A stretch of 64,000 nt of DNA from Escherichia phage ECO71P1. The translations under genes were made by a program, and so were the position numbers. The stretch is taken from the sequence record OP172789; one strand, written 5' to 3'. Under the pieces are notes generated by a model. The model was not told where the DNA came from. It saw only the letters and a list, made by a program, of their open reading frames with translations, and did no database searches. Position 1 is the stretch's first letter. Each line of letters opens with the position of its first letter. Positions 46,192 through 54,232 of this stretch are shown here, in pieces.

Positions 46192-46677
46192 TTATTTAAT
46201 GACTTGGCTGCTGACAGATTGCCACATGAGGCTAGTGTGAATCAAAGGCTTGTCGAATCCCTTCACACGTACAGTATATCTGGCGTTTGGTTGCCACGGT
46301 CCGTTTTTAATTGATTCGACAATCTTTGCTTCCATCGCAAGCCCAATTTGACCCAATGCCTGTCTAGCGTCTATTTTACCGGAAAAAATCTTTTTAGCAA
46401 TTTTATTCTCTATTTCACTGCGCTCACTAACGAATAATTCATAGGCATATCTCATGAATGGTCTGGGTGGCACTTCTACCCTGACTGGGCCTTGTCCAAA
46501 GTTCAAAACGGCTATGTGACCAAACTCGTTAAGCCGCGCGACTTCTGACACCAGCATGCCTTCTCCACCAGTTTCTGAAGGGTATCTGGTAGAATCAAAC
46601 CATCCTGCCTCAACAGTAAGACCCTTCATAGATTGAAGTGCCTTAATCTGTTTTTCTATCATTTTTGATTTTGTCAT
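46192..46677 (-). CDS. head-tail joining/completion protein candidate
   Basis: Between capsid and sheath genes; start adjusted to TAATATG coupling. Confidence 0.4.
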   Translation of the reverse strand: MTKSKMIEKQIKALQSMKGLTVEAGWFDSTRYPSETGGEGMLVSEVARLNEFGHIAVLNFGQGPVRVEVPPRPFMRYAYELFVSERSEIENKIAKKIFSGKIDARQALGQIGLAMEAKIVESIKNGPWQPNARYTVRVKGFDKPLIHTSLMWQSVSSQVIK

Positions 46678-46678
46678 A

Positions 46679-47260
46679 TTACACCGGAACGTCACCCAAA
46701 TCATTATTAACAGCTCTTGCCACTGCAGGAGTATCAATTGAAATTGCGTTTCTGTGAAGTATTACTAAATCAAAAGAAGGGAATGATTCGAATTGTGACA
46801 TGTCATCATAAAACTTTTCATTATTATTCATGTCGATTCGATATACTGATGCCTGATGCTTTTTGAACCAATCTCTCAGATTAGCTTTATGAGTTATGAA
46901 TCTTGCCAAATAAGTCAATACGTCATTAGCAGTAGGCTTTTCTGGGTCGCCAGGGACTTCTGGAAATAAGCCACTAATTTGAAAACGTGTTGCGTATATC
47001 TGATCTTCAATGTCTTTAAATTTGCCGTTTACAAATTGAGACTCATCATTGACAAATTCACTTTTCCTCATGGACCATCCAAAAGGAACTGAGAATAAAA
47101 GGTTAAACCAAATTTGATCACCAGTCGGAATGCCCTGTTGAGTCGGTTGATACTTTTTCTGGACCGGAACAGCAGAAAGGTCTGCACGACTATACGCCGC
47201 CAGACCTTCTTCAATTCGCGTTGCCAGCATGTCAATCAGGTCGACATCTGTCATATACAC
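46679..47260 (-). CDS. head-tail joining protein candidate (193 aa)
   Basis: Position. Confidence 0.4.
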   Translation of the reverse strand: MYMTDVDLIDMLATRIEEGLAAYSRADLSAVPVQKKYQPTQQGIPTGDQIWFNLLFSVPFGWSMRKSEFVNDESQFVNGKFKDIEDQIYATRFQISGLFPEVPGDPEKPTANDVLTYLARFITHKANLRDWFKKHQASVYRIDMNNNEKFYDDMSQFESFPSFDLVILHRNAISIDTPAVARAVNNDLGDVPV

Positions 47261-47261
47261 C

Positions 47262-47648
47262 TCAAGTAGACACTGGAAAGCTTTGTTTTACTTCCACGGC
47301 AAGGCAAGACGTCCAACCATCTTGGTCAAACCATGTCGTTTCATCTTCCATTTTATACGTTTTCCCACCAAACACAAAATAGTCGCCGGAAGCGTCGCGG
47401 TCAAGGTCAACAATGTCTTTGTCTACCCAGATTTTGACATAGTTCTTTTGAAGCTCTAATCCAAGCTCGACGTATTGATTTCGAAGAACAGCCTGCACCG
47501 AAGCAAGTAGCGTGATTGGTTCTTCATAAGTGGTAACGTAGTTGCGCATTTTATCAAGAGTGCGCCCCTTGTACATGTAATATTGAATCGGTTGGCGACC
47601 GATGACCTTTGTCGCAACTCGATATAAGTTTACGCCAGGAATCCTCAC
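47262..47648 (-). CDS. head-tail joining protein candidate (128 aa)
   Basis: Position. Confidence 0.4.
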   Translation of the reverse strand: MRIPGVNLYRVATKVIGRQPIQYYMYKGRTLDKMRNYVTTYEEPITLLASVQAVLRNQYVELGLELQKNYVKIWVDKDIVDLDRDASGDYFVFGGKTYKMEDETTWFDQDGWTSCLAVEVKQSFPVST

Positions 47649-48109
47649 CAGAATACCCCACCAATTTTACGAAATCCTTCGCGCTCTGGAAGCCCACCGA
47701 ATGACAAGCCGCCAACGGCCAGTGCTTGAAGAAGCGCCCACAGCGCCATGCCATAAGGAGTGCTTGACAGCCAGTATTCCCAACCATCACTCGCAGGCGG
47801 CGCTACCTTATTCACAGTGATGTCACCGATTGTTGCACCAGTTACGAAGCCGCCTTGTTCAACTCCGTCACCAGAAGACACAGACACCTGTTGGTCTGCG
47901 GCTATGCATAAAAGATGAGCCGTCATATATTCCAATGCCAGCTCCAATTTACTGCCATTCAAAACACGACAAGGACTGTCTTGTGATTCAATAAATTCAC
48001 ATGCCATGTCATAGAATACTTGAAGCGTTGTGTCAGGGAATTTTACCTGATCGGCAAACTGTGGAAATTTTATTCTGAACTTTTCGTAATCTAATGACAT
48101 GGCATTCAC
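47645..48109 (-). CDS. head-tail connector/adaptor candidate (154 aa)
   Basis: Position. Confidence 0.4.
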   Translation of the reverse strand: MNAMSLDYEKFRIKFPQFADQVKFPDTTLQVFYDMACEFIESQDSPCRVLNGSKLELALEYMTAHLLCIAADQQVSVSSGDGVEQGGFVTGATIGDITVNKVAPPASDGWEYWLSSTPYGMALWALLQALAVGGLSFGGLPEREGFRKIGGVFW

Positions 48110-48114
48110 CTTAT

Positions 48115-48579
48115 TTAAACGCGGAACAAATCATCTTCTTGTTCGCCGCTCAATTTAACCTTGATGCGCTTGTCAGCCGTCTCACGCGTCATAGGTGCGA
48201 ACGGGTCATCTGACATGCCGCGCACCTCTTTAGCGACAGCTTTGTGATTGCCAACAATGTCGTGGTTTACGACTTTAACCAGACCTTTTTCAAGGTGTTG
48301 CTTGAATACGTGATGATCTTTTAAATGTTCAAAATCAGCATCGCTTACAACGGTGACGATTCCTTCAGGAGTCCACAAAGGTGCACCATCAGCGCCTTTT
48401 GCCATTTCACCAAAGCCGGAAGTTGCAGAAGTAAGACCCGCGCCGCCCTTAATCAGAATCTGTTTGCGAATATTTGGAAGAGCGCCTGAACCAGCTTTTG
48501 CGTTCGGGTTTTCTTTCACTTCCGTATAGAAAGTGTAGTTGACTGACATAGACATAGTTGAAACGATGTATTTTGGCAT
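48115..48579 (-). CDS. hypothetical head protein (154 aa)
   Basis: Position after capsid gene. Confidence 0.4.
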   Translation of the reverse strand: MPKYIVSTMSMSVNYTFYTEVKENPNAKAGSGALPNIRKQILIKGGAGLTSATSGFGEMAKGADGAPLWTPEGIVTVVSDADFEHLKDHHVFKQHLEKGLVKVVNHDIVGNHKAVAKEVRGMSDDPFAPMTRETADKRIKVKLSGEQEDDLFRV

Positions 48580-48694
48580 TTTGTAGTCCTATTTATATAA
48601 GCCTCAGATAAGCCCCTACAGCCCTTGAGGTCTATTGATATGGGGCGAAGCCTTTCGACCACGCCCCATGTGTTTTACTGTGTAATCACAGCAA

Positions 48695-49834
48695 TTAGAT
48701 ACCAGTCATACGGACGACTGCGAAAGGACGCTTAAGCAGAACGCCTGCTGTTGCGTTTGCGTAGTCTTCAACGTAGCTCTTAGCACGTTTCTCAACGCCC
48801 AGAGTCATGAACTTAGTCTGAACCAGCTGGCTGAATACGGAACCATCATCGCTTGAGCCATCAATTGAGGAATCGATGTGATCAGCGTACAGATATGCCA
48901 CGTTCAGGAAAGTCGGGTCACTGCCAAGTGCGCCGTTGAGTTCCGGTGCAGATTTGATCTTCATCTTCGGATAAGTCTGGGTGATCCAGTCACGTACAGA
49001 AATACCGAAGTCGGTGGTGTTTGACAGCCAATCAATAGAGTTGGTCGGCAGCGCCAGAGTCATATCAACCTTCTCTGGATCAATCTGGTCCTGAGAGTTG
49101 ACACGGATTTGACGAACCATCAAACGGATGTCTGCAGTCACCTGTTGGAAGGTCGCAGTAGCCCAGCCGGAAGTGGTGTTTGAAGTCATTGCCGCTGGCA
49201 GGTTTGGATCATTCAGGAAGCCGAACGTGCGGTTGTTCCCGTTATACCAACCATAGAAGCCGATTGCGTTACGCATGATTTCCAGAGATACAGCAGCCTG
49301 CTGGCGCTTGGTCTCTGCAGAGTTCAGACGCATCGCAGACGCGCGGCCTTCTTCCAGCATGCCGACTGCCATGCCCATTTCACCGCGAACGATGGAACGG
49401 CGTTCAAAGTTCACGTTCCAGCTTGCCAGAGGAATAGAGGTGAAATCACCATATTCAACTGCGGTGCCAGCTGGTTCAACGATGCCCTGAACGATTTCTG
49501 CATCTTCCCACTGACCAACGGTGTCAATACCAACCAGCTCGTCAATTTTACGGGCAGCGGTCATGATTTTGACGAAGCCAGGCAGCCACTGTTGCAGGAA
49601 CTGCAGCGGGGTCGGGATTGATGGCGTGGTCTGCGGCGCAGTAAATGCGGCGTCACCTACGCGGAAAGCGCCTGCACGGTTTAAGTGCTCAATCTGATCA
49701 CGCACAATCGCGGAATCAAACACAATACCGATACGCGCAAGCTGGGAAACAGCCGCGTCGGTCACGGATTGCATATCAAAAGGGCGCACCTTGCTCGCTG
49801 GGAGGCGAGAGTGTGTTTGGCTAATGCGAGTCAT
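48695..49834 (-). CDS. major capsid protein
   Basis: 379 aa gene following protease/scaffold and a 212-aa gene; assignment by position and size. Confidence 0.6.
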   Translation of the reverse strand: MTRISQTHSRLPASKVRPFDMQSVTDAAVSQLARIGIVFDSAIVRDQIEHLNRAGAFRVGDAAFTAPQTTPSIPTPLQFLQQWLPGFVKIMTAARKIDELVGIDTVGQWEDAEIVQGIVEPAGTAVEYGDFTSIPLASWNVNFERRSIVRGEMGMAVGMLEEGRASAMRLNSAETKRQQAAVSLEIMRNAIGFYGWYNGNNRTFGFLNDPNLPAAMTSNTTSGWATATFQQVTADIRLMVRQIRVNSQDQIDPEKVDMTLALPTNSIDWLSNTTDFGISVRDWITQTYPKMKIKSAPELNGALGSDPTFLNVAYLYADHIDSSIDGSSDDGSVFSQLVQTKFMTLGVEKRAKSYVEDYANATAGVLLKRPFAVVRMTGI

Positions 49835-49848
49835 TATTCACCTGCCTA

Positions 49849-50487
49849 TTAACGAGTCAATTGTACAATGGTATAAGTGGAAGACTGGACGCTTGGGCCG
49901 GAAAGGGCAATAGTCGTCGGGTCAATCACAATACCGCCTGGGATGGCAACCATGCCAGTTGGCAATGAGCCAGTATAGGCGATAATTGCACCAATAGGCA
50001 AGTTGTTCGGGTTGTTACCGCTGGAAATGCCTTTAGGTACATAAGCAAGCAGGTCGCCATAGTTAAGCGTCTGCGGACTGGTGCTTGGGTTGAATACTTC
50101 AACTACGAGGCCCGTGCACATATCATAGAACTCGCCTTCGCTATATTGAGGCAGAACCATGCTGGCACCCAAAGGACCAGTAGAGTTGCCATACAGCGCG
50201 TAACGCTTGCTATTGCCGAGGATGCCGTAGTAGTTAGTGCCGCCCAGCTCAACTTCAAAGTCCTGCGCGCCCAAAGTTTTGGTTTGACCAGTACCCATTA
50301 AGGATACGTCAGTCTTAAAACCGAACACACGGCTGATGGCGTTTACGTTTGCGCCTTCGTTAGCGTTGGCAATTCGGCCTGGCTTCCCACGCTGTGGGCC
50401 GTCGCGAACGATGTCGCCAGGAAAGCCAGTTGTATATTGACGGCCTACACTAGTTTGGAAAGTCATGTTTATTCCCCTTTCAACCAA
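49849..50487 (-). CDS. head decoration/auxiliary capsid protein candidate
   Basis: Between scaffold-protease and major capsid genes. Confidence 0.4.
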   Translation of the reverse strand: MVERGINMTFQTSVGRQYTTGFPGDIVRDGPQRGKPGRIANANEGANVNAISRVFGFKTDVSLMGTGQTKTLGAQDFEVELGGTNYYGILGNSKRYALYGNSTGPLGASMVLPQYSEGEFYDMCTGLVVEVFNPSTSPQTLNYGDLLAYVPKGISSGNNPNNLPIGAIIAYTGSLPTGMVAIPGGIVIDPTTIALSGPSVQSSTYTIVQLTR

Positions 50488-51887
50488 GCTTCAAATGCTT
50501 CGTCAGTTGCTGCAGAATCCGCAGCGGCCTTTTGTTTTGCGACTACACGCTGTTTTTGACCGTGTTCAACGCCGCGCAGATAATTATCCACCACGTCAAA
50601 CTCAGCACCATCAACGCACTTCAAGCCTAACTTTTTAGCGCCATATTTCGCTACGGACTTGGAGTCCATAGTTGCATGATCAAAGGCACCAACAACTTTA
50701 GACAGGCGCTGGTAGAGGCTATTCTTACGAGCAGAATCAGCGTAGAAAGCAGCAACTGCTGAATCAGATGCCATTGAGTGTTCCCCTTTTGCTGGACCTG
50801 GCGACGCTTTCGCCGCTTTTGTCGGTTTGTCATCTTTTTCGACCGAAGCCCCCTTTACGTTGCTGTTTTGCAGGCCGCTAACCACATCTTCAGCTTTGTC
50901 GCAAGGTGATACATCTTCAGCCTTGACTTCAACTTCTTCGTCTTTGACTTCGGCTTCAACTTCTTCTTCATCACCTACCGCGCCACCTTTAAGTTTTGCA
51001 ATAAGTGCTTCGATTTGGCTGATCAGTTGCGGAAGCTCGCCGCCAGCGTGAGATTCAGTTTCAACTTCAAACTTCTCTTCACCTTCTGGAGTCTCTTCAG
51101 CTTCTGCTTTAACTTCTGGATCAACCATCACTTCTTCACGTTCTTCGGTTGAATCCTTCTCTTCTGCTTTCACTTCAACTTCGTCCTGATGAGCAGCTTC
51201 GGTGCTCTCTTCATTCAGAAATTGTTCGAGCGCAGGGATCAGTGATTTCAGCTGTTCAACAGCATTATCACGCGCTTTACCTTTTAACGGTTTTGGCATG
51301 TCTAAATCCTCGTTGGATGGTGTTACAGTCGTCAAACAAAGATGGTCAAAGCAACGACCATCCAGCACCCGTGCACCTGGTACTCGACCAACGTCCACGA
51401 GAGCAATGTGGTTGCCGCGAAGAGTTGTCTGTACCACTTCATACGGCTGCCCGTCAAACTCTCCAGACTGTATGATGAATTCACAGTCATAGCCCAAAGA
51501 CAAGTCAACCTTTCCAGAATCGATGGCCTTCTTCAGACGACGGCTAAAAACTTTAAGGTCGCCGCGCATCCATGGCTTGTCATAATAAACATTGCCAGTT
51601 AGAACGCCATCAACGCCATACTCTTCGGGTGCTGTGTTATCCTCATCACCTTCGAATCCAGAAAGCATTTCGTGATTGTCGATGAAAGGGATATTTTTGA
51701 ATGAATCTATCGCTTCGGGGTCTTTCACCGCTGACTCTGGGCGATAAACTTTTACGATGCGATTCGGATCACCATCAAGTCCAACCTGACCTGCAGAATA
51801 ATCAAAAATGCCAAATGACGAAATGGGACAACCCACAATCGTCAAGAATCCATTTTTGTCAATTTCGCGTGCCGTTTGCATTCGCAT
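50469..51887 (-). CDS. prohead protease-scaffold fusion protein candidate
   Basis: N-terminal ~200-aa globular domain followed by a long Glu/Lys-rich repetitive helical region (EVEVKAEEK ...) typical of scaffolds; immediately upstream of capsid genes. Confidence 0.55.
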   Translation of the reverse strand: MRMQTAREIDKNGFLTIVGCPISSFGIFDYSAGQVGLDGDPNRIVKVYRPESAVKDPEAIDSFKNIPFIDNHEMLSGFEGDEDNTAPEEYGVDGVLTGNVYYDKPWMRGDLKVFSRRLKKAIDSGKVDLSLGYDCEFIIQSGEFDGQPYEVVQTTLRGNHIALVDVGRVPGARVLDGRCFDHLCLTTVTPSNEDLDMPKPLKGKARDNAVEQLKSLIPALEQFLNEESTEAAHQDEVEVKAEEKDSTEEREEVMVDPEVKAEAEETPEGEEKFEVETESHAGGELPQLISQIEALIAKLKGGAVGDEEEVEAEVKDEEVEVKAEDVSPCDKAEDVVSGLQNSNVKGASVEKDDKPTKAAKASPGPAKGEHSMASDSAVAAFYADSARKNSLYQRLSKVVGAFDHATMDSKSVAKYGAKKLGLKCVDGAEFDVVDNYLRGVEHGQKQRVVAKQKAAADSAATDEAFEAWLKGE

Positions 51888-51994
51888 CCACCCTCAAATA
51901 AGTATTGTGTATTATATCTAATGAAAAAAACTTAGGCAAACAATAATTATGGTTTGAATATGTATAACAACCGATATAGCCGCGCCTTAATTAG

Positions 51995-52300
51995 TGTGAT
52001 ACGGATGATACGGATAAAATGAGGCGTATTTTTATCCGTATCGGTGTATAAGCCGCGCTATCACTGGTGTGCTACGGATGATACGGATGATACGGATACT
52101 TTTCATATATAAGAGTTTATAAAAAAATAAAATTAAATTAGATATATAATTTTAAATTAATTTATTTGAATTCCTATAAAGTATCGCGGCAACGCGTATC
52201 ATCCGTATCATCCGTAAGATTCTTTTGAAAACAACTACTTACTTGATACGGATGATACGTCATTATACGCGTAAAATCCTGCGGCAATCCATTGCCAGGC
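51995..52300. repeat. iteron region B: five clusters of the 9-bp unit CGTATCATC/GATGATACG in both orientations plus GCCGCG-containing boxes and an AT-rich tract
   Basis: Copies at 51998-52016 (inverted), 52033-52044, 52073-52100 (inverted, three units), 52195-52216 (direct), 52245-52261 (inverted). Confidence 0.8.
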
Positions 52301-52303
52301 GAT

Positions 52304-52441
52304 TCAGTGAATATTAAAAAGCACTCCAGCAACTAAAACGCCAATCAGCATCGAGTCGTAAACAGCCCATTTCCAAGAAAGCAAAGAGTTGCAATTAATA
52401 TTTCGCACTTTAACGTAACGTGACTGAATAATCTTTTGCAT
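52304..52441 (-). CDS. small membrane peptide (45 aa)
   Basis: AGAGGAAG RBS 8 nt upstream; C-terminal hydrophobic segment; abuts the iteron region; below the size cut-off of the ORF track. Confidence 0.35.
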   Translation of the reverse strand: MQKIIQSRYVKVRNINCNSLLSWKWAVYDSMLIGVLVAGVLFNIH

Positions 52442-52451
52442 AACTTCCTCT

Positions 52452-53372
52452 TTAGTTCAACTTAATTGCGGTGATCTGTCCGTAAACGGTAGATGTCAAT
52501 TCGTCTGTGCATTGATAGTTTAGATACACGTTGCCAGGCGCGGCAAGAGTAATTATCTTTGTTGGAATATTGCCGCCGAAACGACCTGCAGCCCGAATGC
52601 CAGCAGACATCGTGAATGCATCATCCGTAATATCTGAATTACTTGTTGACAATTTTACTGTAATTCCGGTATTCGCTTGAACTCCTTCTGTTGCGACAGT
52701 CAACTGACTTGCTGTCACAAGCCATTTCCCTGCAGGCAGGTTTAATGTTGCCAGATTCACCAGAGTTGTCGGAGGATTGCTTACACTATTGCTTGTGTTT
52801 TGCACATTGCTTGCAGCAGCATTAAGAACTCCAGAACCATCAATTGATAGTGTCGCTCCTACTTTTACGCCACCCAAGGTTGATGCTGATGCAATCGGTA
52901 ACGAGTATTGAGTAACACTAATTGTACCGTCACCTGCAACACTTATGCCACTTCCTATCTTGACGCCGCCGAGAACAGAAGCCGTTGCCGCTGGTAACGT
53001 GTATTGGTTGCCGCTGGATTTGACTACCTTAACGGCGACAGCATTCTTGGACCCTCCAGACTCCATGCCTATAATCACCGCTTCTCCAAAAGCGATGGTG
53101 ATTGTAGATGCAGTTAAACCAGTCTGCACGTCTGTTATGTCCATTTTGGGAACTGAAAGTGTCAGATTCGGCTTGCTGGTAGAATCGCCATCATTACCGA
53201 TCATAAAGAATTGGCCGACTGAATTGTATCCAGATGCCAATGGCGGACTCAATGGAACAATCAAATTTTTATCGGATGTAAATTCTGAAACAATCGCCAA
53301 ACCGTTCGCATATACAGCAGGTAATACTGGCGTTTGTCCAGATATAGGAAACGTGCTGATTGGTATCGTCAT
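52452..53372 (-). CDS. fibre-like protein with tail-fibre-type repeats, located inside the head module
   Basis: Repeats ATASVLGGVKIGSGISVAGDGTISV and STLGGVKVGATLSIDGSGVLN; start adjusted to ATG with GAGGT RBS. Confidence 0.55.
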   Translation of the reverse strand: MTIPISTFPISGQTPVLPAVYANGLAIVSEFTSDKNLIVPLSPPLASGYNSVGQFFMIGNDGDSTSKPNLTLSVPKMDITDVQTGLTASTITIAFGEAVIIGMESGGSKNAVAVKVVKSSGNQYTLPAATASVLGGVKIGSGISVAGDGTISVTQYSLPIASASTLGGVKVGATLSIDGSGVLNAAASNVQNTSNSVSNPPTTLVNLATLNLPAGKWLVTASQLTVATEGVQANTGITVKLSTSNSDITDDAFTMSAGIRAAGRFGGNIPTKIITLAAPGNVYLNYQCTDELTSTVYGQITAIKLN

Positions 53373-53379
53373 AATGACC

Positions 53380-54231
53380 TCAAATGATTGGTATTTTCCT
53401 GCACTTGCAGTGTATTGCCCATCCAGGAGGACCGATGTCACCCTTTTTGAACTTCAATTCTCCGCCAACTTCCCATAGGCGCTTGTCATCAAGTTTAAAT
53501 CTCATTCCGTCGACGTGTTCATGAGAGATTCGCGGCTCCTTTCCTGCTCCTGAGTGCGCCCATTCAAATTCTTCAACTCCATTCTGGCGCATCCTTTCAT
53601 CGCTTAGAACGCAATACAATTTGCTTGTCTGGTCTTTAGCGATTAAGTCGACTCTCTTTGCAGAGAAGTGTTTTACGTTTCGCAGCGCCGCCTGAATGCC
53701 TGACGTGCCTTGCTGGGCTGGGTCGGGCGAAGTCAGCGAAAGCATTACTGCTTCGTACACTCTGTTGTGAATATCCTCGCCGACCTTAGTCACTAGAGTC
53801 GTGTTAAACGTCTCGCTTGTTCTAAGAGTGTTCTCAACGAATTTGTTATATGTGGCCTTTGGCGCTTCTATGCCTGCGGACTTAAGGCTGGCGAATGTAG
53901 CAGAAGTAGCACCCTTTTCGACCGATTTGATAAAATCAGCGGCAATCTTTGACCCAACACGAGCAAACGCCCTTGCCCATTTCAGCTGCAGACGTTTCAT
54001 AAGAGTTTGGAATGTTGAATCAGCAGAGTCTTGCGCAAAGAACTTCTGCACCTGCTTCTTTTCAAGCCACTCTGAAATTCCTGCCTGATAGTCATCAATC
54101 ATCGCATAGCAAAGACCTTTCATCTCACGACGGTAGGCCATTGCAATAGCGTTTGATGGGATTATCGGACTGCCGCGCCCGATTCTATCGGGTGAGCGGC
54201 GTTCACGTTTTTTCGAAGCTTTAAAAGCCAT
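53380..54231 (-). CDS. head morphogenesis protein, Mu F / SPP1 gp7-like
   Basis: C-terminal HEHVDGMRF ... GPPGWAIHCKCR motif; directly after portal gene. Confidence 0.65.
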   Translation of the reverse strand: MAFKASKKRERRSPDRIGRGSPIIPSNAIAMAYRREMKGLCYAMIDDYQAGISEWLEKKQVQKFFAQDSADSTFQTLMKRLQLKWARAFARVGSKIAADFIKSVEKGATSATFASLKSAGIEAPKATYNKFVENTLRTSETFNTTLVTKVGEDIHNRVYEAVMLSLTSPDPAQQGTSGIQAALRNVKHFSAKRVDLIAKDQTSKLYCVLSDERMRQNGVEEFEWAHSGAGKEPRISHEHVDGMRFKLDDKRLWEVGGELKFKKGDIGPPGWAIHCKCRKIPII

Positions 54232-54232
54232 A

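Noticed and set aside
48640-48669. Hairpin (TGGGGCG ... CGCCCCA) after the major capsid gene as an intrinsic terminator
   Set aside because: The T-rich tract follows it on the plus strand whereas the flanking genes are on the minus strand, and the loop is long (14 nt); kept only as a possible structured element
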